Shown: positions 10,176 through 19,564 of the stretch, piece by piece
How positions within the stretch are numbered: the first letter of the stretch is position 1
How the letters are laid out: each line of letters opens with the position of its first letter
DNA from: Minisyncoccota bacterium
Lineage (GTDB): Bacteria; Patescibacteriota; Minisyncoccia; Phycocordibacterales; SBAW01
Length of the DNA stretch: 64,000 nucleotides
Assembly (NCBI GenBank): GCA_035549255.1
Contig: DASZRD010000005.1
Coordinates: forward strand, 58 to 64,057
Reading direction: 5' to 3'
Translations under genes and position numbers: made by a program
The notes under the pieces: generated by a model
The model's input: only the letters and a program-made list of their open reading frames with translations
The model's database searches: none
Told to the model about the DNA's origin: nothing

Positions 10176-10190
10176 CCCGGTACGACCCCT

Positions 10191-10586
10191 ATGATGCACA
10201 AGGCTCTTATCGCGGCAGGACTCTTCGCCGTGGTCGTTATCACGGCTGGGTGGCTCATGCTGCCGCGTGCGGCCACTCCGTCGTCGACGAGCGCGCTATC
10301 CTCTTCGGAAGAGCCTTCCGCGGCATCGGCATCATCGACACAACAAAGCTCCGTCATTACGATGGCGCAAGTGGAAGCGCATGCCGACGAGTCGAGCTGT
10401 TGGGCGGCCATCAACGGCAAGGTCTACGACCTCACGCAATGGATCCATCAACATCCCGGCGGCCCCGAGCATATTCTCGCCTTGTGCGGCACCGACGGCT
10501 CAGCGGCCTTCAACGCGCAGCACGGCGGGGAGTCGCAGCCCGCGCAGGAACTCGCCACTTTCTACATAGGCGACCTTGCGCAATAA
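10191..10586 (+). CDS. Membrane-anchored cytochrome b5-like heme-binding protein
   Basis: SCWAAINGKVYDLT, HPGG, GTDGSAAFNAQH (both His ligands present). Confidence 0.9.
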   Translation: MMHKALIAAGLFAVVVITAGWLMLPRAATPSSTSALSSSEEPSAASASSTQQSSVITMAQVEAHADESSCWAAINGKVYDLTQWIHQHPGGPEHILALCGTDGSAAFNAQHGGESQPAQELATFYIGDLAQ

Positions 10587-10592
10587 CCAAGC

Positions 10593-11027
10593 ATGAATCT
10601 CCACGAGATCCCCTTCTATCTCCATCTTGCCGCGCTCGCTGTCGCCGCGTGCGGGCTCCTCTACGCCGACAAGATCGGACTCTCGTGGATGCGCGGACGG
10701 ACCGAGACGGTCCCGAGTCGGACTCTCCTTGTGTTGCATGAAGTCGTGTCTGTTGCGCTCATAGTGCTGATCCTTACCGGCCTCTACCTCTTCTGGCCCC
10801 TGCGCGAGTATCTGCTCCATCAGAGGCTTTTCTACATCAAGATGTCGTTCGTGGCGCTGCTCGTCGTCAATTCCATAGCGATAGACAATCTCATGCACAC
10901 GGCGGCGCATACGCCCTTCCGTGACCTGCCTGCGCGATTGCGCACCGGCCTTTTCGTGAGCGGTGGGCTCTCCTTCCTGTGCTGGGTGGGCGCGGGGCTC
11001 GCCGCGCTCCTGCTCTTTGGACTTTAA
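10593..11027 (+). CDS. 4-TM membrane protein
   Basis: Four hydrophobic segments, LILTGLYL, FYIKMSFVALLVVN; several His. Confidence 0.75.
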   Translation: MNLHEIPFYLHLAALAVAACGLLYADKIGLSWMRGRTETVPSRTLLVLHEVVSVALIVLILTGLYLFWPLREYLLHQRLFYIKMSFVALLVVNSIAIDNLMHTAAHTPFRDLPARLRTGLFVSGGLSFLCWVGAGLAALLLFGL

Positions 11028-11659
11028 AATTCTCTCGTCTCGCCGTCTTGCATCGAGACATACTCGGTCCCCAGTACGAACATCTTGAGCGCGGTGCCGA
11101 CGAAGCCCCTGAAAGGCGGCACGATCATGCCGTCATGTACACCGAAAGCAGTCCGTGCCTTGATCTCTTTTGCGAAATTGATAACATCCTTGATTTTGAG
11201 CCACGGCCCGGCGACCGGCAGCGCCAGCACGTCGACAGATTTTCTTGGGATCTCGAAGTTATCACCGGGGAAATAAAATTTCTCCGCGACCAAGTAAGCG
11301 GTATTTTCGACCTGGCCCATGTCACCGTAGATTTCAGCATGCTTGGTGCCGAAGCCCTCGATCGAGATACCCTTCACATCGGTCTTTTCGCCGTCGCCGA
11401 CTTTAGTGAATTCAACGTTCTCTTTCTTGAGAAGTTCGCCCACTTCCGCATTCGTAACAAAGATTGCGTCGGGATTATTGTTCTTGAGATGCGGCACCGA
11501 GTCGGCATGGTAATGGTCGCCGTGGCTGTGCGTGATGAGCACGGCATCGAGGCCCGTCACGTCGTTCTGCTCTGTCGTGAAGCTCCCCGGGTCGGTCAGG
11601 ATCTTGACCCCATCGATATCGATAAGCATACAGCAATGCCCGAATTTGGTGATTTTCAT
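11024..11659 (-). CDS. MBL-fold metallo-hydrolase
   Basis: GHCC, TDPG, THSHGDH; start 11659 supported by a -10 box 6 nt upstream. Confidence 0.9.
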   Translation of the reverse strand: MKITKFGHCCMLIDIDGVKILTDPGSFTTEQNDVTGLDAVLITHSHGDHYHADSVPHLKNNNPDAIFVTNAEVGELLKKENVEFTKVGDGEKTDVKGISIEGFGTKHAEIYGDMGQVENTAYLVAEKFYFPGDNFEIPRKSVDVLALPVAGPWLKIKDVINFAKEIKARTAFGVHDGMIVPPFRGFVGTALKMFVLGTEYVSMQDGETREF

Positions 11660-11681
11660 GCATCTACTATAGCAAATCTGG

Positions 11682-13364
11682 CTATAGTTTCGCTGAAGTT
11701 CCCTTTCCAACCGGCAGGTCGAGGTGCGCGAGCGCATCGCCGAAGGTGGTGCCGACCTTTTTGCCGGGGTTGAAGATATCTAACGGGTCAAATATCTGGT
11801 TGACCTGCATGAAGAGCGCGTACATCTCGGGACCGAACATCTCCTCGACGTAGGGCGTGCGGATCAAGCCATCGTTATGCTCGCCCGAGATTGAGCCATG
11901 GTATGAGGTAATGAGGTCGTAGACCTTATGGCTGAGCTCGTCGATAACCTTCGCCGTGCCGGGGTCCTTAGGATCGACGAGCGGGATAATATGGAAGTTG
12001 CCGTCGCCTACATGGCCCGCGATCGTATAGAGGAAGTTGTAATGCGAGAGGATCTCCTGCAATTTGGGCAAAAATTCCGGGAGCTTGAGCGGGTTGACCA
12101 CGAAGTCGTCGATAAAGGGCGCCGTGCGCAAGCCGCGCACCTTCTTGCGCAAGAGATTGAAGCTCTCGCGGCGTACGACCCAGTACTTGCGCGCGTGCGC
12201 TTCGTCGCGCGCCACACGCACGCGCAGTTTTTTATTACTGCTCTGTATCTCGCGCGCAAGCTTCTGCGCTTGCGCCAGCGCCTCGCCCTGCGTATAGGCC
12301 CGGAACTCCGCCATGAGGACAAGCTTGGGGATGCCGCCGGTCGCGAGCATCCAGACCTCGGGTAGGAACGAAAACCCGAGCTTGATAATCCCCGCCTTCA
12401 TCTGCTTGGCGAATTCGGGGAAATACTTTACCGCCAATTTGAAGGTGTTGTCGTCATAGGACTCGAAGCTGTCGGGCTTGTAGGCGAGCACCTGCGGCAC
12501 GATGGTGCCGAGCTCCGCAAGCGAGTCGAGGAAGATCACGACCATCGAGGAATACGGCATCGGGTGCACGAGTGAGAATTTTATTTTGGTATTGATGCCG
12601 AGCGTCCCCTGCGCTCCCACCATGAGGCGCGCAAGATTGAGCGAGGTGACGCCGTCGCCGATGTCCCACAGCGCGTAGCCGGAGGAATTCTTCTCAACTG
12701 TGGGCTTGTGCTTCTCTATGATCTCCCTGTTTTCCGGCGTACTCACGAGCTGGGCGATCTTGCGATAAAGGTCGCCTTCGAAACTTTCTTCAGCAAGTTT
12801 GCGCTTGAGATCCTCGCCTTCGAGATTCCTCAGCGTATGCACCTCGCCGTCGGCAAGCACCATCTCGAGCTCCTCGACATAGCGTGCCGTCTTGCCATAT
12901 TTGAGGTTCTTCTCGCCGCCGGAGTTGTTGGCGACCATACCGCCCACCGTGTTGAGCTCGCGGCTCGCGGTATAGCTTGGGAGTTCGAGGTTCTGTTTCT
13001 GTGTTTCTTTATCGAAATTGCGGAAGTAGACGCCCGGCTCGACGACAGCCTGCATACTCCCGACTGAAATAACTTTGTCGAAGTGCTTGGTCATATCAAG
13101 AACGACCGAGTCGGTAAGCGGACCGCCGGACATATCGGTCCCCGCCGCCCGCGCGGTGAGCGAGAGATGCGTCTTCGGCACTTTTTTGCGCTCGGTAACG
13201 AATTTAACCAGCGCGCAGATGTCAGCAGCATCTTTAGGCGCGACGACGACCTCCGGCTTCTCGACAAACAGGCTCGCGTCGCGCGAAAAAGCTTCGCGCG
13301 TAGCAGAGGTGTCATCCACCTCGCCCTTCACAACCTTTTTAATATCATCTGCGAGCGAAGCCAT
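11682..13364 (-). CDS. FAD-binding oxidoreductase (GlcD/D-lactate dehydrogenase family)
   Basis: ARAAGTDMSGG, GGMVANNSGG, GHVGDGNFH, SGEHNDG, FNPGKK. Confidence 0.88.
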   Translation of the reverse strand: MASLADDIKKVVKGEVDDTSATREAFSRDASLFVEKPEVVVAPKDAADICALVKFVTERKKVPKTHLSLTARAAGTDMSGGPLTDSVVLDMTKHFDKVISVGSMQAVVEPGVYFRNFDKETQKQNLELPSYTASRELNTVGGMVANNSGGEKNLKYGKTARYVEELEMVLADGEVHTLRNLEGEDLKRKLAEESFEGDLYRKIAQLVSTPENREIIEKHKPTVEKNSSGYALWDIGDGVTSLNLARLMVGAQGTLGINTKIKFSLVHPMPYSSMVVIFLDSLAELGTIVPQVLAYKPDSFESYDDNTFKLAVKYFPEFAKQMKAGIIKLGFSFLPEVWMLATGGIPKLVLMAEFRAYTQGEALAQAQKLAREIQSSNKKLRVRVARDEAHARKYWVVRRESFNLLRKKVRGLRTAPFIDDFVVNPLKLPEFLPKLQEILSHYNFLYTIAGHVGDGNFHIIPLVDPKDPGTAKVIDELSHKVYDLITSYHGSISGEHNDGLIRTPYVEEMFGPEMYALFMQVNQIFDPLDIFNPGKKVGTTFGDALAHLDLPVGKGTSAKL

Positions 13365-13403
13365 AGCTCAAAACTCTATCTAGTATAGCACCGCAAAAGA
13401 AGA

Positions 13404-13430
13404 AGGCCGGCGCGTAAAACGCGCCGGCCT
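13404..13430 (-). terminator. Intrinsic terminator
   Basis: AGGCCGGCGCG-taaaa-CGCGCCGGCCT with a T-rich tail on the minus strand. Confidence 0.75.
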
Positions 13431-13434
13431 AGGC

Positions 13435-13803
13435 CTACAGTCCCCAATCTTCGAGCTCCTCCTTGTACATCGATTTCCGAATATCCTGAAGCTGCTCAAT
13501 AACCTTGGGGTCGGTAATGCGAATGAAGCGGTCGACAACCTTCCCCTGCCACTGCGCCTTCTCCCAGAACATATGGAGCGGTCGCAGGTCGAACATCTTG
13601 CCGTTCTTGTAGACGAAGGCGTCGTAGAGCGGCTTGTACACCTGCATGTTGGCGTCCTCCGGCCGGCAGTCGTCCTCGGTATGATGCCCGGCGCCGTAAA
13701 TATAGTAGGCGTAATTATTCACCGCCCCCATGGGGTCGTGCTTGTAGTGGTAGTAGTACCCTGCCTCGGGGGCCTGCAGAGCCGGCTTGTCTTCGTATGC
13801 CAT
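13435..13803 (-). CDS. DUF1653-like protein
   Basis: GYYYHYK, GHHTED, VYKPLY, LRPLHMF, VDRF pattern; GGAG SD. Confidence 0.7.
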   Translation of the reverse strand: MAYEDKPALQAPEAGYYYHYKHDPMGAVNNYAYYIYGAGHHTEDDCRPEDANMQVYKPLYDAFVYKNGKMFDLRPLHMFWEKAQWQGKVVDRFIRITDPKVIEQLQDIRKSMYKEELEDWGL

Positions 13804-13874
13804 GATGTATCTCCGTGGTTCTAACCTGCGCCACTATACACCAAAAATTAAATAACGTATTCCAAAATTACCCA

Positions 13875-13946
13875 TGACTCTACGGGGATTCGAACCCCGA
13901 TTTGCGCCGTGAGAGGGCGCCGTCCTAACCATTAGACGATAGAGCC
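13875..13946 (-). tRNA. tRNA-Glu (anticodon CUC)
   Basis: GGCTCTATCGTCTAATGGTTAGGACGGCGCCCT-CTC-ACGGCGCAAATCGGGGTTCGAATCCCCGTAGAGTCA folds as a cloverleaf; CCA not encoded. Confidence 0.95.
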
Positions 13947-13975
13947 GTGCGTACACAATAAAACAAAAAATCCGG

Positions 13976-14200
13976 AAAAGAAAGTGGCCGGCGCTTGTGG
14001 CGCCGGCCGGGTTCGGACCCTGTGTAAGACACAAGGCTGGCTGTGGTAAGGCCTCCGTGGTCAGAGGAAGAGTTTAGAGCACTTAGGATCCGATGTACGG
14101 CATCTGTAAACAGCATGCCGGCCCGGCAGCAACACCCTCTCCGTGACCCTCACCTTGCAAGGTACCTGTCCGCCTCGTGCTTCGAGGACCGCGAACAGGA
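13976..14200 (-). ncRNA. Candidate structured ncRNA
   Basis: TTGACG-16-TACGCT promoter (14230-14203), at least five stems, terminator GGCCGGCGC/GCGCCGGCC plus T tract. Confidence 0.4.
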
Positions 14201-14231
14201 CAAGCGTATACCTTTACAAAACTTCGTCAAG

Positions 14232-15533
14232 CTACCGCTTCTTCCACTCTTCGTCCTGGCGCACGAGCGTATCAGCCGCATGGCTCGGATCGGCCATGAT
14301 TTCCTCTACGATGCGCTCGGTACGGACGCTCTGTGAGCCTTTCACTAAAATCGTATCGCCCTCTTTGAGCATGGCTTCAAGCTCCTTGGCCGCCTGTTCT
14401 GACTCTTCGTACTGGAAAATATGATCCTCCTTCATGCCGCTTCCGAGCGCACCCTCGGCGATGTCGCGCGCGCGGAACCCCACCGTCATGAGTATCGTCG
14501 CAGATTTTGCCGCAACGGCCCCGATCTTGCGGTGCTCTTCAACCGAATGCCGACCAAGCTCGAGCATATCGCCCATGATCGCTATCTTACGGCCCTTGGG
14601 AAGCAACTTCAATGTCTCGAGTGCTGCTTGCGCTGCGGCCGGAGAAGAGTTGTAGGTGTCGTCGATGATGACCGTATGCTTTTCGCCCTCGACCAGGTGC
14701 ATGCGGCCTTTTGGCGGCTCGTAGCTGCGCAGCGCGTCGATAATATCGGGCAAGGGCTTATCCAGCGCCTTCCCCACGGCGGCGGCGGCGAGCGCTGGGA
14801 GCAGCGCGTGCGCGCCCAAGGCGCCCCCGACCACGAGCTTTTCCGTCATACCGTCGATCGTGATCTCCGCGCTCATGCCGACCGGCTTCTCCTTGCCCGC
14901 AATCTCCTCAAAGACGATGCGCATGTCGCTCCCGCGGACCTCCGCTGCCTCGCCGAAGCCGAACGTGACGACGCGCGCCCCGGGCGCGCGGTGGCGCAGC
15001 CGCTCGACCTCCGCGTCGTCGGCATAGAGAACGAGCGCGCCGCCGGGCACGAGCGCCTCGATGAGCGAAGCTTTTTCTTCTTTCACCGCCTCGGGCGAAT
15101 CGAAGAACTCGACATGTACCGGCACGTCGGGCAGCCGCGTGATCACCGCGACGTCAACCGGCAGCCACGATGAAAGCGAGCGGATATCGCCGGGCCGGTC
15201 AGCGCCCGCCTCAAGCACGAGCCACTCCGGATAGCGATGCCTAACTACGAGGAGCGATGCGCCCGCAAGCAGGTTCTCGACCCAGGCTACCGGATTGCGC
15301 CAGGCGTTCGGTCGCCCAAGTATGGTGAGCGGGAGCCCGATCTCGCTGTTGAAGCTCTTCTCGCTTTTGCGCGTGTACGCGTCATGCGCGACGACTGAAT
15401 AGATGGCGTCTTTGGTCGACGTCTTGCCGACGCTGCCGGTCACCGCGATGACCTTGGGCTTGTAGCGGCGTACGACAAGCGCGGCCTCAAGCCGCAACAG
15501 GCGCACGACGAGGGATTTGAAAAATGCGTGCAT
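14232..15533 (-). CDS. murF: UDP-MurNAc-tripeptide--D-Ala-D-Ala ligase
   Basis: AVTGSVGKTSTKD, SFNSEIGLPLT, IDDTYNSSP, GDMLELG, LVKGSQ. Confidence 0.92.
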   Translation of the reverse strand: MHAFFKSLVVRLLRLEAALVVRRYKPKVIAVTGSVGKTSTKDAIYSVVAHDAYTRKSEKSFNSEIGLPLTILGRPNAWRNPVAWVENLLAGASLLVVRHRYPEWLVLEAGADRPGDIRSLSSWLPVDVAVITRLPDVPVHVEFFDSPEAVKEEKASLIEALVPGGALVLYADDAEVERLRHRAPGARVVTFGFGEAAEVRGSDMRIVFEEIAGKEKPVGMSAEITIDGMTEKLVVGGALGAHALLPALAAAAVGKALDKPLPDIIDALRSYEPPKGRMHLVEGEKHTVIIDDTYNSSPAAAQAALETLKLLPKGRKIAIMGDMLELGRHSVEEHRKIGAVAAKSATILMTVGFRARDIAEGALGSGMKEDHIFQYEESEQAAKELEAMLKEGDTILVKGSQSVRTERIVEEIMADPSHAADTLVRQDEEWKKR

Positions 15534-15538
15534 ACCGA

Positions 15539-17059
15539 TCAGCGGTCGGGCGGAACATTGTAGTAATTGATAAGAAATTGCACCGTATCGTGAAAGTACG
15601 TCCCCCACGTCTCCGAAGAGTACGGCGCGCCCTTGGGGTCGACCGCGAAAAGGAAGACAATGAATTTGGCGTCGTAGGACGGGAAGTAGCCGAAGAAGCT
15701 GTGGAGGAACTCGTTGCTATAATAGCCTCCCCCGTTGGGGTTGGCAATTTGCGCGGTGCCCGTCTTTGCGGCGACGCTATAGTGCGGGAAGCTCATGCCT
15801 GCGGCAAACGCGTTGTCTACGACGGTGGTAAGCATGCGGGTGACGTCGGTAACGGTCTGCGGCTTGAGCACGTCGGGCGTCGTCGCCCACGTAAGGTCGC
15901 GCGTGATGCCCGTGTCGTAGCGGATCGATTTCGCGAAGTGCGGCGTCACGAGGTTGCCGCCGTTGGCGAGCGTCGCAAGCGCACGAACGGTCTCTATCGG
16001 CGTGATCGCGATGCCTTGGCCGAACGACGCGGTGTCGAAATCGACTGCCTGGTTGCCGTTCGCGATATTGCTGACGAGGCCATGCACTTCGCCGGGGAGA
16101 TCGATCCCCGTCTCCTGCCCGAGGTCGTAATGGTTGAGGAAATAGTTGCGCATGATCGACGGACCCATCTTAGTCGCCACGTACGACGCGCCGACGTTGA
16201 GCGATTGTGAGAGGATCTGCTGCATCGGGATAACGCCGCGCGCGACGCCGTCATAATTGCAAATGCGCTTCTCATTGACCGTGATACAGCCGGTATCATC
16301 ATACGTGCTGTCGGGCGTAATGACTCCCGAGTCGATGCCCGCAGCCATCGTGAGCGGCTTTATGATCGAGCCCATCTCAAAGACGTTCTGCGCCATCGGG
16401 TTGGCGTAGATGGACGGATCCTTCTGCGTATTGAAAGAATTGAGGTCGAAGGTGGGCGCTACGGCCATGGCGTATATTTCGCCGTTTTGCGGGTTCATGA
16501 TAATCCCGCCCGTGAGCTCGGGGTGCCATTGTGCATCGTAATTTGCGAGCGTGCGTTCAAGCTCGGCCTGTACCGTAGGCTCTATCGTCGTCACCACACT
16601 TCCCGATTGCGGGTCGCCGGCGAGGGCGCGCTTGGCCGCGCCGAATAATTGCACGAAAAAGTTCGAGTAGAGATCCTCTCCCGCCTGGCTCAGGGTTGTG
16701 TCGTAATATTTTTCCAATCCGTAGCGGCCCTTCTGCGTATTGTCGTTATTGTAGGCGACGAAGCCGATCTCCTGCGCGGCGAGCGAGCCGCCGGGATAGG
16801 CGCGCTTGCGCTCGCTCGTGCTCGCGATGTCCTGCATGAGCGCTGCGGCCCAGGGCACCCCGTCCTTGTCGGTAAAGTAGATTTTATCCCGGTCGACGAT
16901 GGGCCCGGTCGTGGGGTTGGCCTGCGCGTCGGCCCGCGCGGCGTACATGTCTCCGTGCATGATCTGGAGCACGTAAAGGCGCCCCGCGATAAGCAGGGCG
17001 CATAGCGCAAATATGACCGCGACTACCCGTATCCGCACTACGAAGCGCGCACTGTTCAT
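15539..17059 (-). CDS. ftsI: Class B PBP FtsI
   Basis: SIIK, SLN and KTG motifs; position in the dcw cluster. Confidence 0.88.
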   Translation of the reverse strand: MNSARFVVRIRVVAVIFALCALLIAGRLYVLQIMHGDMYAARADAQANPTTGPIVDRDKIYFTDKDGVPWAAALMQDIASTSERKRAYPGGSLAAQEIGFVAYNNDNTQKGRYGLEKYYDTTLSQAGEDLYSNFFVQLFGAAKRALAGDPQSGSVVTTIEPTVQAELERTLANYDAQWHPELTGGIIMNPQNGEIYAMAVAPTFDLNSFNTQKDPSIYANPMAQNVFEMGSIIKPLTMAAGIDSGVITPDSTYDDTGCITVNEKRICNYDGVARGVIPMQQILSQSLNVGASYVATKMGPSIMRNYFLNHYDLGQETGIDLPGEVHGLVSNIANGNQAVDFDTASFGQGIAITPIETVRALATLANGGNLVTPHFAKSIRYDTGITRDLTWATTPDVLKPQTVTDVTRMLTTVVDNAFAAGMSFPHYSVAAKTGTAQIANPNGGGYYSNEFLHSFFGYFPSYDAKFIVFLFAVDPKGAPYSSETWGTYFHDTVQFLINYYNVPPDR

Positions 17060-17061
17060 GA

Positions 17062-17376
17062 TCAGCGGTTCTCCGAGAGCGCCTTCATCGAGCCGTCGGC
17101 AAGCACCGTGGTGATCCCAGCGGGGGCGACATAGCCCATCGCCTTGACGCTGTCGAGCGTGAGGTCGCGCGTGGCGGCGAGATAGCCCGTCTCCATCTCG
17201 CCGATATGCGTCGTGATCGCGCTCAACTCCTTCTGCGCATCGGTGCGCTTGGCGGCATTAGCGACCGCTTCAAGCAAAAATACGCCGTAGAAGAATACCG
17301 ACAGCGCGATGACGGCGGCAAACAGCGCGTTGAGACGATTGAGATACGGCGTGTAGGTGATGGCGATGCTTTTCAT
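17062..17376 (-). CDS. Putative FtsL-like division protein
   Basis: Single TM plus coiled coil, between rsmH and ftsI. Confidence 0.6.
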   Translation of the reverse strand: MKSIAITYTPYLNRLNALFAAVIALSVFFYGVFLLEAVANAAKRTDAQKELSAITTHIGEMETGYLAATRDLTLDSVKAMGYVAPAGITTVLADGSMKALSENR

Positions 17377-17386
17377 GGTAAATCGA

Positions 17387-18388
17387 TTATTCTGCTAATT
17401 TTTCAATCGCGCGGACCTTGGCGCTGCGCGCAGACGGGTTCCTCATGATCTCCTCGCGCGTCGCGGCAAGCGGCTTTTTAACGACGAGTTTGCCCCTGCT
17501 CTCTTTAGCGAGCCCGGCGAACAGCTTCTTGACCGCGCGGTCCTCGATGCTGTGGAAGGTAATGACGACGATGCGGCCGCCCGGTGCGAGATGACCCCAC
17601 GCCGCGCGGACGCCGCGGTCGATGACTCCAAGCTCGTCGTTAACCGCGATGCGCAGTGCTTGGAATGTCTTCGTCGCCGGGTTGAGGCGGCCGTGGCGGT
17701 AGCGCCCGGGGACCGCGTCGCGGATGATTTCTACCAGCTCCATGGTTGACGCGATCGGGGCGATCTCGCGGCGCGCGACGATCGCTTTGGCAATAGGCCG
17801 CGCATAGCGCTCCTCGCCGTAGCCGAAGAAGACGTCCGCGAGCACCTTCTCTTCCCATGTATTGAGAATCTCCGCGGCGGTGAAGCCGCTCGCGGGCTTG
17901 GAACCGTAGCTCATGACGAGCGGCTCGTCATGCATGAAGGTAAATCCGCGCCCCGAGCTCATTTGTGTCATGTTCCAGCCCAAGTCGAAGAGGAATTTAT
18001 TCGCCTGCACGATCTTCTGCTTCTTGAGGATTGCAGCGAGGTCGCCGAAGTTTCCTTCAACGATTTCTGCGCGCTTGTGGTACTGCGCCAGACGCTCGCG
18101 CGCGGCTTGCGCCGCCTCATGATCGGCATCGATGCCAAGTAAAGTTACCGGCGCTGCGCGCAATATCGCCTCCGCATGACCTCCAAGGCCAAGCGTGCAA
18201 TCGACCACCATATCGAGACGCTTGAGATCGAGGAGCGCGATCGCCTCCTTCACCATGACGCTCTCGTGGCCCGTGCGCGCCGCCTTTCGAGATGACCCCT
18301 GCCCTAACTCCCGCTCGCGTAGAGAAGCGCCCTCCTCTCGACGGAGGCGATGCTCAACACGAACAGGAGTTAAAGAATGAGTTGTCAT
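17387..18388 (-). CDS. rsmH: 16S rRNA m4C1402 methyltransferase
   Basis: HESVM, DCTLGLGGHA, FQALRIAVNDEL, ITFHSIEDR, NPSARSAK; start uncertain. Confidence 0.94.
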   Translation of the reverse strand: MTTHSLTPVRVEHRLRREEGASLRERELGQGSSRKAARTGHESVMVKEAIALLDLKRLDMVVDCTLGLGGHAEAILRAAPVTLLGIDADHEAAQAARERLAQYHKRAEIVEGNFGDLAAILKKQKIVQANKFLFDLGWNMTQMSSGRGFTFMHDEPLVMSYGSKPASGFTAAEILNTWEEKVLADVFFGYGEERYARPIAKAIVARREIAPIASTMELVEIIRDAVPGRYRHGRLNPATKTFQALRIAVNDELGVIDRGVRAAWGHLAPGGRIVVITFHSIEDRAVKKLFAGLAKESRGKLVVKKPLAATREEIMRNPSARSAKVRAIEKLAE

Positions 18389-18404
18389 AGCTATGTCAAA
18401 CGGC

Positions 18405-18839
18405 TTACAGTATGCCCACGTCGCCCAAGGTCTGCGCCATCGCCTCGGCGCTCCCCTCGATGCGCGCCTTATACTCGTTCCACTTCCCTTCGTCCCAGAT
18501 CTCAATGCGCTCCGAGACGCCGGTCAGCACCACCCGCCCCTTAAGCCCCGCGAACTCCTTGAGGAAGTCGGGAATAAGGATGCGTCCCGCGCTGTCGACC
18601 TCACCCTCGACCGCGCCAGCCAAGAGGAAGCGGCTGATGCCGCGCGTATCGGCCTGGCCGAACGGGAGCGCCGCGAGCTTGGTCGCGATTTCCTTCCAGG
18701 CCTTTGCCGGGAAGAGGAACAAACATTGGTCGAGCCCGCGCGTGACGACAACGGTACGGCCGGCCTCTTTGCGGAACTTGGCGGGAAGCGAAACCCGTTT
18801 CTTATCGTCCAGAGTGTGCAGGTATTCGCCGATAAACAT
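18405..18839 (-). CDS. mraZ: dcw transcriptional regulator MraZ
   Basis: MFIGEYLHTLDDKKRVSLPAKFR, DSAGRILIP, IEIWD. Confidence 0.97.
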   Translation of the reverse strand: MFIGEYLHTLDDKKRVSLPAKFRKEAGRTVVVTRGLDQCLFLFPAKAWKEIATKLAALPFGQADTRGISRFLLAGAVEGEVDSAGRILIPDFLKEFAGLKGRVVLTGVSERIEIWDEGKWNEYKARIEGSAEAMAQTLGDVGIL

Positions 18840-18850
18840 ATCCTTTTCTG

Positions 18851-18907
18851 TCCCACTTTATCCCACTAGATCCCAGTATACAATCCGCCTCTTCCACCTC
18901 AAACCAC
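18851..18907 (-). promoter_or_regulatory. MraZ-binding direct repeats
   Basis: TCCCA at 18851, 18861 and 18871 (TGGGA on minus, 10-bp period), plus CCAC at 18894 and 18904. Confidence 0.75.
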
Positions 18908-18969
18908 TTATACACAATTCCACCCCAAATCAGTACTGGAGAACAGAAAATTGGCTATTTCTAGTGCTA

Positions 18970-18998
18970 TTGACAAATATTTATTTTTGGTATATCAT
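18970..18998 (+). promoter_or_regulatory. Sigma70 promoter
   Basis: TTGACA-17-TATCAT. Confidence 0.65.
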
Positions 18999-19052
18999 AA
19001 TAAGCGGACAACAGGGATGGGGTCGATCCAGGAAAACCTAAGGAGAGACACC

Positions 19053-19232
19053 ATGCAACAACCGATACTGGGAGTAAACAAGCTCCCGAACGGCACATTC
19101 CTAAAGGGTGCCGAAGAAGTAATCCATATCTGGAAGCGCCACGAGCTCGGCGAACCCGTAATCGAGGTGCTTCTGAAAGGATCGGCAACACCAGTCCTCT
19201 GGACGGATATCCTCCGCTTCAGAGGCCGCTAG
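19053..19232 (+). CDS. Hypothetical 59-aa protein
   Basis: AAGGAG SD before ATG 19053, downstream of the promoter. Confidence 0.55.
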   Translation: MQQPILGVNKLPNGTFLKGAEEVIHIWKRHELGEPVIEVLLKGSATPVLWTDILRFRGR

Positions 19233-19243
19233 GAGGCGCACGG

Positions 19244-19510
19244 ATGCGTAAAAAGAGGAGCATGGCCCACAAGATCGCAACAGCGTTTGCGTGGAGCGCC
19301 AATATCGTCATGGCGGCAGCAGCGATTGGCTATTACCAGCTGCGGCCTGAACCAATGCCATCCTGGCCTATCCGAGACGAAATCGAGATGCACATCGCGA
19401 TGGATGACACGCCGGTCGAGGCTAGCTCACAAACAGCTCTCGACCGAAAGATCGAGGACTTGCTGTTCGACCGGAAAGGCAGCCCCTTCCCGGTAAAACC
19501 GAGCAAGTAG
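19244..19510 (+). CDS. Hypothetical single-TM protein
   Basis: AGGAGG SD, one TM segment, terminator follows. Confidence 0.6.
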   Translation: MRKKRSMAHKIATAFAWSANIVMAAAAIGYYQLRPEPMPSWPIRDEIEMHIAMDDTPVEASSQTALDRKIEDLLFDRKGSPFPVKPSK

Positions 19511-19531
19511 GTCGTTGTGTTCAAAGGTGCG

Positions 19532-19560
19532 AAGAGGGCGACCCTTGTGGTCGCCCTTTT
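19532..19560. terminator. Terminator between convergent genes
   Basis: AGGGCGACC-cttgt-GGTCGCCCT-TTT. Confidence 0.7.
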
Positions 19561-19564
19561 GCTT

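Noticed and set aside
17387-18505. 372-aa RsmH starting at 18505
   Set aside because: Overlaps mraZ by about 100 nt; a start at or after 18388 is more plausible
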